A DNA stretch of 64,000 nucleotides. It comes from Leucoraja erinacea (lineage: Eukaryota). Under the pieces are notes generated by a model. That model made no database searches, was not told where the DNA came from, and saw nothing but the letters and a program-made list of their open reading frames with translations. Positions 37,425 to 50,649 of the stretch are shown here, piece after piece. The translations under genes and the position numbers were made by a program. How positions within the stretch are numbered: the stretch's first letter is position 1; every line of letters starts with the position of its first letter. The stretch lies in contig NC_073378.1 of the NCBI RefSeq assembly GCF_028641065.1, positions 137,454,001-137,518,000 of the forward strand, written 5' to 3'.

Positions 37425-38190
37425 ACACCAGGTGGCGCCAGCAATGGGTGCCTCATCAACAGTCCCTCCCTTCTTTGTTGTTTTAATAGTATGTGTTAAT
37501 TGTATGTTTTTGTGTTCATTGGCTTGTTTTATGTGGGGGGGGGGGGGGGGGGGGTTGGGGGAAACTTTTTCTAATCTCTTACCTTGACGGTGATGCAATT
37601 GTTTTCCATATCGTATCTCCGTCCACACTGCGGCCTAACATCGAGGAGTTGGCGGCCTCTGCTGGAGTCCGACTTCGGGAGCTCCAACCGCGGGGACCTG
37701 CGGGACTTACCATCGCGGAGCTGGCGAACCCTGTAGGGGTTTGACCTTGGAGCTCCAACCGCAGGAGCCTGTGGACTTAACATCCTGGAGCTCGCAGTCT
37801 CTGGTTAGAGACCGACTTTGGGATCTCCAAGCCCCAGGAGGTTCGATCGACCCGACTCGACAGCTTCGACCGCCCCAACGGGGGCTTCGATTGACCCGGC
37901 ATGGGGGCTTCGACCGCCCCAACGCGGGGGCTTCGATCACTGGCTGTGAGAGCTTTGACCGCCCTGACTGCGGATGGTTTGACTGCCCCGACCGTGGGAG
38001 AATAAAGTGGAAGAAGATTGGACTTTATTGACTTCCATCACAGTGCGGAATGTGGGGAATCTGCTGTGATGGATGTTTATCTTAACGTTTATGTAGTTGT
38101 GTGTCTTGCTGATTTTTTTTTAGTATGGTTGTATGATAATTCACATATTACTGTACCTTAATTGGTACGTGACAAAAGACCTTTGAAGTC
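37425..38190 (+). mobile_element. Interspersed GC-rich repeat, family unassigned; second copy at about 21675-22745 split by a CR1
   Basis: Shared blocks such as cgtatct.cgtcc.cactg.ggcctaacatcgaggagttggcggcctct and internal ttcgaccgcccc repeats; LINE-like 3' tail. Confidence 0.7.
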
Positions 38191-38989
38191 TTCCCTCAAC
38201 CTCCAATGTTCCATTTAATTTAATCAATCTCTGTGAAGCACTTTGGTTCAATTACTGGTTTTGTTGAAAAGTGCTATATAAATAAAGATTATTATTATTA
38301 TTATTATTATTGAAATCAATCCAAGCATGTCCAACCTGTCCCTGTAACTGAAACCCTCTCATCAAGTCAGCATTCTGGTAAATGTCCTCTACTCCAAAGA
38401 TGCCAAATTCTTCCTGTAATGGGGTGGCCTGAACGTCACACAATACTCCATATGCAGCCTAACCAAAGTCCTATAAAGCAGCATCATTATTTCCTGACTC
38501 TTACACTCAATGCCCCGATCTATCGACCTGCGTGGCCACTTTCAGGGAGTTATGGACCTGGACCCCAAGATCCCTCTGTACATCAATGTTGTTAAAGATT
38601 GTGCCACTGATTGCATATTCTGCCATTACATTCGACCTTCCGAAGTACAACACCTCACATTTGCTCATATTAAACTCCATCTGCCATTTCTCCACACATT
38701 TCTGCAGCTGATCTGTAGGATGTGGCCAGCGCACACTGGGTTAACAACTGTGTGTAGGGTAACAGAAACTGATGGGGCAGCGCAGACTGGCTGACTCATG
38801 AGGGGTTAACAGGGTTGGGTGCAGTGTGACAGAGACTGAAGGGGCAGTGTGGAGTGACAGTGGATAACAAAGTGTCAGAAATCGACAGGGCAGTGTACAG
38901 AGCTTCACTGGATCGCGAGGAGTTAACAGGGCAGGTCTAGACTGGCACTAAAACATAAAGGGTTAAGAAGCATTGTGGCACTATCTGGA

Positions 38990-39362
38990 TCACGAGGGGT
39001 TAATGAGACTGTGATGGGCTGACACTGGTTGAGGAAGGGTTAAAGGGGAGTGATGGGCTGACATCGGCTCGGGAAGGGTTAATGGGGACTGTGATGGGCT
39101 GACACCGGCTCGGGAAGGGTTAATGGGGCTGTGATGGGCTGACACTGGTTGAGGAAGGGTTAATGGGGCTGTAATGGGCTGACACTGGTTGAGGAAGGGT
39201 TAAAGGGACTGTGATGGGCTGACACCGGTTCGGGAAGGGTTAACGGGGAGTGATGGGCTGACACTGGTTGAGGAAGGGTTAATGGGACTGTGATGGGCTG
39301 ACACCGGCTCGGGAAGGGTTAAAGGGGAGTGATGGGCTGACACCGGCTCGGGAAGGGTTAAG
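38990..39362. repeat. ~39-40-bp minisatellite (gggaagggttaatggggactgtgatgggctgacaccggctc)
   Basis: About 9 units ending just 3' of the exon 1g donor. Confidence 0.92.
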
Positions 39363-39396
39363 AGGCAGGGCTACATTGATGAAACTTGATACGCAC

Positions 39397-39532
39397 CCAG
39401 ACAACACATCTGTGTCAGGAGGTAACGATTAACCTCTCGCTCCCGGGTATAACTGCACCAGACACCATGCTCGCTCCACATGATGCCGGAGTCCTGCCCC
39501 AAGTCCAGGCTCAGCTCACCGCTGCTCCACAT
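39397..39532 (-). CDS. PLEC: Plectin alternative first exon 1g, coding part
   Basis: MWSSGELSLDLGQDSGIMWSEHGVWCSYTREREVNRYLLTQMCCL + G|gtgcgt (45 codons + 1, phase 1). The C-terminus matches mammalian 1g (..GYLYQQLCCV). In-frame stop upstream; lies between 1b and 1a as expected. Not in the ORF track. Confidence 0.82.
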
Positions 39533-40037
39533 CCTCAGCTCGCCGTTGCTCCACTGCCTCGGGCCCGGCCCAACTTACAGCCTTGTTCCCCTCAGCAACC
39601 AATGTGAAGCACAGCCACACCCAGCCGCTACCCCCCCGGTCCCCAGCCTGGCCTCCGCTTCAGCCCCACCCTCCACATATCCAACATCATGGAACTTGGC
39701 TCCGCAGCCAACACCCAGCCACACAACTATCAAGTTAAAAGGGCAACGCCGCAGGGGCACTTTGAGTCTCTCCACCGCTTCAGGCACTGAACCCTCGGCA
39801 ACATGATTGATGCATGCATGGCGTAAACAACAATTGTATGGGGAGGAGGCGAGGGGTGGTGGTAACGGGGCAAGAAGGGTCCCGGAAGTTGCGCTTCTAC
39901 GTCTGAATGACATTTACACTCGGAGTTAGCAGGATAACGATCAAGGTGGCCATTTCTGTTCCTCCGGGGAGATCTAGGTAGTCACAGACCAAAGAATCGG
40001 CATCGAAATTCCCAGTGCTCCACTTCGCCCTCTCTTC

Positions 40038-40230
40038 TCCCTCAGTACTGTCCCCTCACTCGGTGCGGCGCTCCCTCAGTACTGCCCCCTCAGTGCGGCG
40101 CTCCCTCAGTAAGCCCCTCCCACACTGCGACGCTCCCTCAGTACTGCCCCCCTCCCTCAGTACTGCCTCCTCAGTGCGGCGCTCCCTCAGTACTGTCCCC
40201 TCGCTCGGTGCGGCGCTCCCTCAATACCGC
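40038..40230. repeat. Degenerate tandem repeat (ccctcagtactgccc...gtgcggcgct)
   Basis: About 6 units. Confidence 0.8.
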
Positions 40231-43200
40231 CCCTCCCATAATCCAACTCAAAAATAACTTTCACCTTCAAAGCCCCTGGAGAATTTGAGCTCCTCGTTTG
40301 TCTCCTCCCCCTTAACTCTCAGTGGTCTGATGTTTGTAGTCGAAAGGTGTTTCTCTGAGCTGTGACCAATGGATTCTGCAGGGAACAGTGCTGTGACCAC
40401 TTTTTTCTGACAAGGGTTTGTTAATAAGTTTGCAGACACCACCAAATCGGTGGAGTTTAAAGAAGATGTTTTAGGATAGTGGTTGCCTGTAATGCATTGC
40501 CATAGGTGGTGGAATCAGTTGAGAGTGAAGTTTAAAAGGCTTTATGGTAGGTACAAGGATATGGAGGGAATGAATGGACATGGATTATATGCAGGCAGAT
40601 GAGATTGGTTTAACAACATTATGGGCTGCGCTGAGCAGCCTGTACCTGAACTCAATTGTATTATGTCCTATGTTTCAATAAGATTGCTTCTCATTCTTGG
40701 AAAGTACTCTCAGCCCCAACCTAGAGTAAGAGCCAAATATCACAGGAACAGTCCCTGCAGCGCTCCATGTCCATACCAACCATTGGGTTCCTATCTATAC
40801 ATCCCATTTACTTGATCCATATTTTTCTCTGTCTTGGCAATTCAAGTATTCATCTGGATACATGTGAAGTGTTAGAGAATCTCCCCCCACCACCAATCAG
40901 TGTGCTCCAGACTCCAACCCGTGGTATGCATGCCTTCATCAGACACAGCAATGGGAACAAGAGATTAAACATCATGTTACAGCTTTACAAGTCACTGGTG
41001 AGACTCCTTTTGAAGTATTGGTCAGAGCCATGGAGCATGGAAACTGGTCCTTCAGCCCAGCCATGCCAACCAAGATGCCCATCAAAGCAGTCTCATTTGC
41101 CCATGTTTGGTCAAATGGACTACTTTCCCCTTTCAATCTTTTCCCTCATACCTTAAACTAGTACCCATTAATTTTAGACTTCCCCCACCATGGGAAAATG
41201 ATCAGGCCACCCTTCAGCTTCCTTGGCTCCAGGGAAAGCAATGCCAGCCTGTCCAGCCGCTCCTTATATATCAAGCACTCCAATCCCAGCAATATCCTTG
41301 CAAATCTTTTCTTCACCCTCTTTCACTTTTTTACACCAACATGAACGACATTTAAAAAACGTTTGTTCAGATATATGGATAAGAACGTTTTATAGGGATC
41401 GGGGCCAAATGGGACGAGTTGGGCCAAAGGGTCTGTTTCGGTCGAAGATAGACACAAAAAGCTGGAGTAACTCAGCGGGACTGGCAGCATCTCTGGAGAG
41501 AAGGAATGGGTGATGTTTCAGTTCGAGACCCTTCTTCAGAAGGTCTGTTTCGATGATGTACTAGTCTGTGACTCCACAACGACACAGCATAGCAAAATAA
41601 TCCTTCATCGGATCAAAGGGATTCTGAGGGACAGGATTGATTTGCATTTGTAAAGGTAGGGACTAATTAGGAGTTATCGTGGTTTTGTGCATGAGAAATT
41701 GTGTTGCACAAACTTGATAGAATTTTTTTGAAGTGTATGAATGAGGGCAAGGTGGTACGTGGACTTTCACAAAGCATTTTAAAAGTAACAAAACGGCAGA
41801 CCAATCTGTAAGGTTAAGATTACAAATTAGTTTTTGTGTTAGAAAACCGGGGTGGGTGGGCTGGCAGGCTTGTGGCTGGTGGCATGAAACAGTTATCAGG
41901 GTGTGGCTTGTCATAGATATTAACAATGTTTGTAGGTAATGTGATCAGTATGTTTGCAGATGATGTATTGGTGGTACAGCAGACAGTGAAGATGCTTGTC
42001 TAATAATACAATAGGATATTGATCAACTGGGAAAGTGGCCAAAGGAATTGCAGATGGAATCTAACGCAGGCAAACATTAAGTGATGCATTTTGGGAAAAT
42101 AAACTAGGGCAATGATGCAGCAGAATAGAGAATGAGGAAGCAAATTTGGACAGGAATGGCAGATGGAGTTTAATTTGGCAAGTGTGAGATGTTGCACACT
42201 TTGGGAGGTCAAATGAAAGGGGAAAGTATAATGGCACAACCCTCAGCGACTGATAGAAACATAGAAAATAGGTGCGGGAGTAGGCCATTCTGCCCTTTGA
42301 GCCAGCACCACCATTCAAAATAATCATGGCTGATCATCCAAAATCAGTACCCTGTTCCTGCTTTCTCCCCACATCCCTTGATTCCCTTAGCCCCAAGACC
42401 ATCAGAGAACTCCGTCAGAGATAAATCTAACTGGTGTACAGAGGGATCTCGGGGTCCAAGCCTGCTACTCCCTGAAAGTGGCAACACACGTGGATAGAGT
42501 GGTAAAGAAGCTATATGGTATGCTTGCCTTCTTTGGTCAGGGCATTGAGTTTCAAAGTATGTTATTTCTACTTGTTTTCTGGGAGGCAGAGAGATAACCT
42601 GATGGACATTTATAAAATTATGAGAGTCATGACTGGTGTATAGCGTCATGGTGGAAATATCAAAGACTAGAGAACATAGCTTTGTCGAGATGGGGAGAGT
42701 TTAAAGAAAGTATTCAAGGTGTTTTTTTAAATATATAATAATAATAATAATAAATTTTATTTATGGGCGCCTTTCAAGAGTCTCAAGGACACAAAAAGGC
42801 AGTGCTGGGGCTAGTGGCAGATACAATACGATGCTTATATAACAGGCATGGATATGCAGGGAATGGAGTAATTATGGATCACAGGCAGGCACAAGAATTT
42901 AGTTCCCTCGAAACCTCACCCTGAATTATGCCCTCCAGCGTTAAGACAGTACTTTGGGGAAATGTTTCTCAAAATCGATATTATCAGGTCACTGCACAGC
43001 TACCTACAGTCCATGGAAAATTCCAGCCTATTGAAATTCAAGTTATGCAGCACGGAAACAGGCCCTTCGGCCCACATCGACCACGTTTTCCACCTGAACT
43101 TGACCCATTTTCTCACATTGGACATCTATCCCTATCAAACCTTCCTATCCACGAATCTCTTTTAAACATTGTAATTGTAGCCGATTTGCACTGACCAACC

Positions 43201-44029
43201 ATGACTGAGAAACAGCTGTTTCTCCAACACATCAGCCCTCTGTCTGTGATCCAGGCAAGGAAGCAATCACTGAGCTGTCACCACTCAGCGCCATCTCTGT
43301 ACGCACCGTCCAAAGCTGCACGCACACAGGCCCTTTGCCCATCCAGCCTGTGCTGGCTCTTTTGTTCACTCCCCTGCCCTGACCCCCGTCCCAGAATGTA
43401 CCCCTGGTGTCCCTCACTAGTAAGCTCATTTTCCTGTTACATCGACCTGCCACATAAATCCTCCTCACCTTAATTTATCCACGACTCTCCAATCCCCACC
43501 ACCTCCTCGCAGTCACTGTCAAAACCACTCCGATTCTCCACACCTCTCAATCTTGGTCCAAAGACCAGCCCAACTTCTCAGCCATCAAGCCCAACACCCA
43601 GAAACACAATGGACCCCTCAGGAAAACGACCTCTAAACAAGGTCTCTAAACAATAATGTCACCACAGTGTGCTTGCCCCTTTTAAGGAGGTCCCCACAGT
43701 CTCCATAGCTTTCTTAAAGTGCCATGACTGTATTAAGCAGGTCTCCACGACGTGCATAGCCCTTTTAAACAGGTCTCTGTGCAATAGCAGCTTCAAGCAG
43801 TCCCTGAAGCGTGCATAGCCCTTTTAAGCAAGCCTCATATTGTGCACAGCCGCTTTAAGCAGGTCCCCACAGGCAGTCATTACAGCAAGTTGCCATGGAG
43901 CTATGTACACAGCCGCCATTTTCCCAGTTAAATGCCGACTGGTTAAATCAGCTGGAGTCCCGTTGCCTGTCGAGTGGGTCCCACAGCTGGTGAGGCGGAA
44001 CCTCGGTGTCCGCCCACCCCTCGCCTTAC

Positions 44030-44138
44030 CTGATCTCTGCCTCTTCCTCTTCCTCCAGTGCCAGACCACCAGCAAGGTGACAAGGTGCCCCAACACCACC
44101 AGCGAGGGCAGCAGCCGGTCGGGGGAGCCCTGAGGCAT
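44030..44138 (-). CDS. PLEC: Plectin alternative first exon 1b (signal-anchor N-terminus)
   Basis: MPQGSPDRLLPSLVVLGHLVTLLVVWHWRKRKRQRS + G|gtaagg (phase 1). Closely resembles mammalian 1b (..LFPSLVVVGHVVTLAAVWHWR..). Confidence 0.95.
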
Positions 44139-45091
44139 GAGGGGGGTTGGCGTCTGCGCTCCTCAGCCAGACACTAAGCGAGACCAGGGCAGGCTGCAGG
44201 CGGAGCGTTGGCTGGGAGCCGGCCACCCTCTGCAATGCAGCGCCGCGATACTGCACCTCCCTCAGCCTGTCCCTCCCTCCCTCACTCACTCACTCCCTCC
44301 CTCACTCACTCACCCACTCCCTCCTCACTCACTCCATCACGGCCACTCTGTGCGCTGCCGCAGCCAAGGGGAGCGAGGAGCAAGAGGAAGAGGCAGGCAG
44401 GGTCAGAGTCGGAGGGAGAGAGCAGTTGGCAACAGTCCCACAGCAAGCACTGCACAATGTGGGTTCGGGCCGCAGAGTGCGCTATCACTGAAGCAGGAGC
44501 CGCCGCCACAGTTCACTCTCCACTCCCTGCAACATCTTGATATCACTCTCTCTGTTTATCTGCTTATTTCTCCCCTCTTTCACTCTCTCCCCGTTGCCTG
44601 TATCCTCTTGCTTTGCTCTCCACCCCCTCTCTCGTTCTTTCTGTCTCCCCCTCCCTCCATCCCACCTGTTTCTCTCTCTTGCCCTGTTTCTCTCTCCCTC
44701 TACTAGTTTTTTACTCCAGCCCCCACCACTGTCCGTTTGCCCCCACTACCCCCTCAATACTCCCCACTTTTCCGTTTAACTTCATTCAATGTCCTCTCCC
44801 TCTCGGCCACACAAAGGATCACAGCGGGGAGGGCAGTTCCTATTTACAGGTGTCACCTTTACAAAGGAATCTAGTTTTCACATTTAGCGCATACGTAAAT
44901 AGTTCCCTGGCTCCTCGCCAGTGTACACCAAAGATACTGGTTTAGACCAGGAGGAGAGAGAGGCCAGGAGTATTTTAAGAGAAGTTGCTGCCAGTAAATT
45001 CAAAACATGATTCAAAGCAGATGAGAATTTGACTCCGCTGAAATAGTGGAAAATATGTGAATGCTCAGCTTCAAGGTGGCGCGGCACCTAC

Positions 45092-45107
45092 CCGGAATCA
45101 ACTTCAT
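45092..45107 (-). CDS. PLEC: Plectin alternative first exon 1d, coding part (MKLIP)
   Basis: Minus strand reads ATG AAG TTG ATT CCG G|gtaggt = MKLIP plus a phase-1 donor. Mammalian 1d is MKIVP and also lies about 1 kb upstream of 1b. Confidence 0.85.
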
Positions 45108-45235
45108 TCACCTCGACTCCCGCAACGGGGGCAGCAGAAAGGTCTGGAGAGGCCCAGAACCCAGAGAGTGCAGTGCGACACACCGCCAGCCGACTATACA
45201 CAGCACAAGAGTACCGTTGTCCCCGGTGAGGGGCT

Positions 45236-45250
45236 GCGATATAAATATCC
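45236..45250 (-). promoter_or_regulatory. TATA-like element upstream of exon 1d
   Basis: ATATTTATAT (minus) / TATAAATA (plus, 45240-45247) in GC-rich context about 135 nt upstream of the 1d ATG. Confidence 0.4.
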
Positions 45251-45314
45251 TCTGATTAAAGGCTACGGGCATGGCAGTCCGGCTCAAGGACATGAGATCC
45301 TGCCAGCAGTGATC

Positions 45315-46915
45315 ACTCACACCCACCCCTTACACACTGGCCCCTCACACTCACACTGACACACTGGCTCCTCACACCCACCCCTCACACACACCCCTTA
45401 CACACACACCCACCCCTCACTGACACACTGGCCCCTCACACCCACCCCTCACACACTGGCCCCTCACACCCCCCCCCCCCCCCCCCCCACCCACACACTG
45501 ACCCCACACACACACCCCCCTTACACACACACCCCCTCACACACCGGCCCCTCACACATTGGCCCCTCACACACCGGCCCCTCACACCCACACCCCTCAC
45601 ACACCTGCCCCTCACACCCACACTGACACACTGGCCACTCACACCCACCCCTCACACACCCGGCCCCTCACACCCCCCCCCCCCCACACCGGCCCCTCAC
45701 ACACCGGCCCCTCACACCCACCCCTCACACCCACACTGACACACTGGCCGCTCACACCCACCCCTCACACAGCGGCCCCTCACACACACCCACACTGACA
45801 CACTGGCCCCTCACACCACCGGCCCCTCACACACCGGCCCCTCACACACTGGCCCCTCACACACGTCCCCCCCACACACTGGCCCCCCACACACACACCC
45901 CCCCTCACACCACACACCCCTCACACACTGCCCCTCACACCCACACCCCTCACACCCAGACTGGCACACTGGCCTCTCACTGACACACTGGCCCCTCACA
46001 CCCACACTGGCTCCTCACACCCACACTGGCACACTGGCTCCTCACACCTATCCCTCACACACCCACACCTCACACACCCACCCCTTACACACTGGCCCCT
46101 CACACACCAGCCCCTCACACCCCCCCACACACACTGGCCCCCCACACACACACCCCCCAACACACACCCCCCACACACTGGCCCCTCACACACACCCCCC
46201 CACACACACCGGCCCCTCACACACTGGCCCCTCACACACACCGGCCCCCTCACACCCACTGGCCCCTCACACCCCCACTGACACACTGGCCCCTCACACC
46301 CACACTGGCCTCTCACACCCACACACTTACTCTCACACCCACCCTGACACACTGTTGCTTCACACCCACCCTCCTCACACACACCCCTCACACACATTGG
46401 CAACACACACCCCCCAACCACACCCCCCACACACTGTCCCCTCACACCCACCCCCACGCACTGTCCCCTTACACCCACGTTGACACACTGTTGCTTCACA
46501 CCCACCCCACACACACCCCTGGCACATTGGCCTCTCACACCCACCCACACCCCGTCACACACTGTCGCCCCTCACACCCACCCCTCACGCACTGTCCCCT
46601 TACACCCACCCCTCTCACACACACCCCTTACACACCGGCCTCTCACACCCACCCACCCCCCCTCACACACTGTCCCTTACACCCACCCCTCACACACACA
46701 CCCCTTACACACCGGCCTCTCACACCCACCCACCCCTCACACACTGTCCCCTTACACCCACCCCTCACACAGACCCCTTACACCCACCCCTCACACACTG
46801 GCCCCTCACACCCACACCAACACACCAGCCCGTCACACACCCACACTGACACACCGGCCCCTCACACACTGGCCTCTCACACCCACCCGACACAACCACC
46901 CTCACCCTCAGTCCT
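45315..46915. repeat. CA-rich degenerate tandem repeat (cacactggcccctcaca)
   Basis: 1.6 kb of C/A-rich units upstream of exon 1d. Confidence 0.92.
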
Positions 46916-47586
46916 GACACTCAGTGAGACTACACTGGCCATCCCTTAGCGAAAAGACCATCCCTAGCGCCCTCTGAGTGAAAATGTCCCATCCCCGCCC
47001 CCATTAAATCATTCCCCTCTCATCTTGTACCTATGTCCTCTGATTCTTGATTCCCTTACTCTGGATAAATGACTGTGAATCCACCCTCTCCCCCTCCTGA
47101 TTCTATCCACCTCTACATTCACCCCCTCATCCTCCTGCACTCCAAGAAATAAAGTCCAAACCTGCCCAACCTCTCATTATAGCTCAGGCCCTCGAGTCTT
47201 GACAACATCCTCGAAAATCTTCTCTGTGCTATCTTGTACAACTGTAACACAACACAAACCAGCTCTACTTGATTTTCTGGCTGATACCAAAAGCATTTTC
47301 ACCACCCTATCTACCTGTGTGGCCACTTTCAGAGATTGATGTAATGTACTCCTAAATACCTCTGATCTACATTATTCCCCAAGGCATTTCTGTTCACAGT
47401 GAAGGTCCAGCCCTGGTTTGATTTCCCAAAATACAACCTCACACTTATCCGAATTTAGAAAGATGAAATCATCCCGGGCCTTTAAGCAGTATTAAGCAAG
47501 CAGGAAAGAACTCAAGCGAGCCATCAGAAGGGCCAAAATGGACCATAAAATGGCTTTGGCAAATCAGATTAAACAAAATCCCAAGG

Positions 47587-48874
47587 TAGACAAAAATGCT
47601 GTACACTCAGCGGGTGAGCCAGCATCTATGTAGTGAAGGAATAGGCGACGTTCCGGGTCAAGACCCTTCTTCAGACTGACGTGGAGGTGGGGGCCGAGAA
47701 GAAGAAAGGAAAAGGCGGAGACAGTGGGCTGTGGGAGAGCTGGGAATGGGAGGGGAAGGATTGAGAAAGCAAGGACTACATGAAATTGGAGAAGTCAATG
47801 TTCATACTGCTGGGGTGTACACTACCCAAGCAAAATATGAGGTGCTGCTCCTCCAATTTGCAGTGGGCCTCATCCCGGTCAATTTGTCCCTTCCCACCCA
47901 AACCACCCCCCCCCCCCCCCCGGCACTTTCCCCTGCAACCACAGGAAATGCTACACTTGTTTTTTTACCTCCCCCCTTGACTCCATCCAAGGACCCAAGC
48001 AGTCTTTCCAGGTGAGGCAGAGGTTCACCTGCACCTCCTCCAACCTCATCTATTGCATCCGCTGCTCTAGGTGTCAGCTGCTCTACATCGGTGAGACCAT
48101 GCGTAGGCTTGGCGATCACTTCGCCCAACACCTCCGCTCAGTTCGCAATGGCCAGAGTGAGTCCCACCGCAAATTGGTGGAGCAGCACCTCATATTTCGC
48201 TTGGGCAGTTTACACCCCAGTATGAACACTGACTCCTCCAATATCAGGAGGTCCTTGCTTTCTCCCTCCTTCCCCTCCCCTTCCCAGCTCTCCTCCAGCC
48301 AGTCGTTCCAGGTGCGACAAAGGTTCACCTGTATCTCCTCCAACCTCATCTACTGCATCCGCTGCTCTAGATGTCAGCTGATTTACATCGGGGAGACTAA
48401 GCGGAGGTTGGGCGATCGTTTCGCCGAACACCTCTGCTCAGTCCGCAATAACCTACCTGAACTCCCGGTGGCTCAGCACTTCAACTCCCCCTCCCATTCC
48501 CAATCCGACCTCTCTGTCCTGGGTCTCCTCCATTGCCAGAGTGAGCAACACCGGAAATTGGAGGAACATCGCCTCATATTCCGCCTGGGTTGCTTGCGTC
48601 CGGATGGCATGAACGTTGAATTCTCCCAGTTTTGCTAGCCCTTGCTGTCTCCTCCCCTTCCTTAACCCTCGAGCTGTCTCCTCCCATCGCCCCGCCCTCG
48701 GGCTCCTCCTCCTCCCTTTTTCCTTCCTTCTCCCCCCACCCCCCCATCAGTCTGAAGAAGAGTTTCGGCCCGAAACGTCGCCTATTTCCTTCGCTCCATA
48801 GATGCTGCTGCACCCGCTGAGTTTCTCCAGCATTTTTGTCAACCTTTGATTTTTACAGAATCTGCAATTCTTTC
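47587..48874 (+). mobile_element. Penelope-like retroelement (GIY-YIG endonuclease 3' part, partly duplicated, with inverted 5' segment)
   Basis: QRFTCISSNLIYCIRCSRCQLIYIGETKRRLGDRFAEH (GIY-YIG) present twice. 47587-47870 is the inverted copy of the 3' end. 18-bp TSD ttaaacaaaatcccaagg at 47569-47586 and 48875-48892. Confidence 0.9.
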
Positions 48875-49254
48875 TTAAACAAAATCCCAAGGCTTTTTTA
48901 TACATTGGAGGATAAACAAGAGGGTAACCAAAGAAAAGATTGGACTGTTCAAGGATAAATAAGGAAATTTGTGGATGTAGGCGAGGTACTAAAGAAGTAC
49001 TTTTCATATGTTCATAAGTTCCAGGAGCAGAATTAGGCCATTCGGCCCATCAAGTCTACACCACCATTCAATCATGGCTGATCTATCTTTCCCTCTCAAC
49101 CTCATTTCCTGCTTTCTCCCCATAATCCCCGACACCCGTACTAATCATGAATCTGTCAATCTGCACCTTAAAAATACCTAATCAATGATAATTGATTGAA
49201 GGACACTGAATGGAGACAGGCCCCTCAGTCCAAGTCAATCATTCATTACCCTTT

Positions 49255-49499
49255 TATATTAGTTCTATGTTATCCACTCTCATCCACTCCCAGCATACTG
49301 GAGACAGATTTATGAGGTCCATTAACCTACAAACCCACCCATCTTTGGGATGTGGGAGGAAATCAGAGTACCCAGAGGAAACCCTTGGCCACAAGGAGAA
49401 AGTACAAACCCCACACAGACTGCACCCGAGGTCAGGATCGAACCCAGGTCTCTGGCGTTGTGAGGCAGCAGTTCTACCCGCTGCACCACTGTGCTGTCC
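49255..49499 (-). mobile_element. tRNA-derived V-SINE (HE1-like)
   Basis: Minus strand GGACAGCACAGTGGTGCAGCGGGTAGAACTGCTGCCTCACAACGCCAGAGACCTGGGTTCGATCCTGACC (A/B boxes) followed by the V-domain. Partial copies at about 18150-18245 and 56450-56612. Confidence 0.85.
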
Positions 49500-50649
49500 A
49501 TATGTGGAACTAAAGTATTTCACATGACATGAAGAGACATGATATCCCATTAAAAAAAAAAAAAATGTTGTTCGTTTTTACATATTTCATTATATTTTGG
49601 AATATTTATCTGAAGGAATTACAAACCAGATACGCAAGACAACTACAGGCTGCCAAAAAGTAATTAGAAACATAAAAACATAGACAATAAGTGCAGGAGT
49701 AGGCCATTTGGCCCTTCGAGCCAGCATCGCCATTCAATATGGTCATGGCTGATCATCCAGAATCAATTCCTGCTTTCTCCCCATATCCCTTGATTCCATT
49801 AGCCCTAACTCTCTCTTGAATACATTTTTATTTTTATTCACCGAGGAGAAGGATATGGAGATCAGCAAGATCATTGTGAAGAATAATAATAACGTGCAAG
49901 GGCAGTTGAGATCAAGGAGGAGGTTGTGTTGGGAGCATTAAGGTGGATAAATCTCCAGGGCCTGATGAGATCTATCCCAGGTTATTAAGAGAGGCAAGAG
50001 AGGAGATTGCGGGAGCTCTGAAGAGGACAGGAAAGTAGATAATGTATATTTAAGGTAAGTAGAGAGAATCATAGGGCAGTGAGCCTCAGATCAGTGGCAG
50101 AGAAGCTATTGGAGATGACTTTTCGGGATAGGATTTATTCCCATTTGGAAGATAATGGGTTAATTAGGACCAGTCAGCATTGCTTTTCACACGGCAGGTC
50201 ATATCTTACTTACTTTATCACATTTTTTGAGAAGGTGATTGATAAGGGTAGGGCAGTGTTTGTTGTCTACATGGATTTTATTAAGGCATGTGATGAAGTC
50301 CCCCATGGTAGGCCGATCTAGAAGATTAAGATGCGCGGGATTAACAGTGACTTGGTCGTGTGGATTCAGAACTGATTTACTGATAGATGACTTGCCTCTA
50401 TATGGTGGAAGGACAACATTCAGATTGGAGGTCTGTGAACAATGAAGTTCCGCTAGGACCTCTACTGTTTGTGAAATATATAAATACCTTGGACGTAATA
50501 GCCCAAATGCATTTCGTTGTCTCTGTACTGTACACTGACAATGACAATTAAAATTGAATCTGAATCTGAGATGGGTTGATTCATAAATGATAATAGCAGA
50601 ATTATGCCATTTAGTCCATCAAAGTCCATTCCGACATTCAATCATGGCT

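Noticed and set aside
39575-39913. 112-aa ORF ending at a CT|gtaagt donor-like site
   Set aside because: Phase 2 does not fit exon 2 and there is no recognisable homology; probably 1g promoter/UTR. It also shows such donors can arise by chance.
49440-49499. tRNA gene
   Set aside because: The A/B boxes belong to the head of a tRNA-derived SINE; there is no full cloverleaf.
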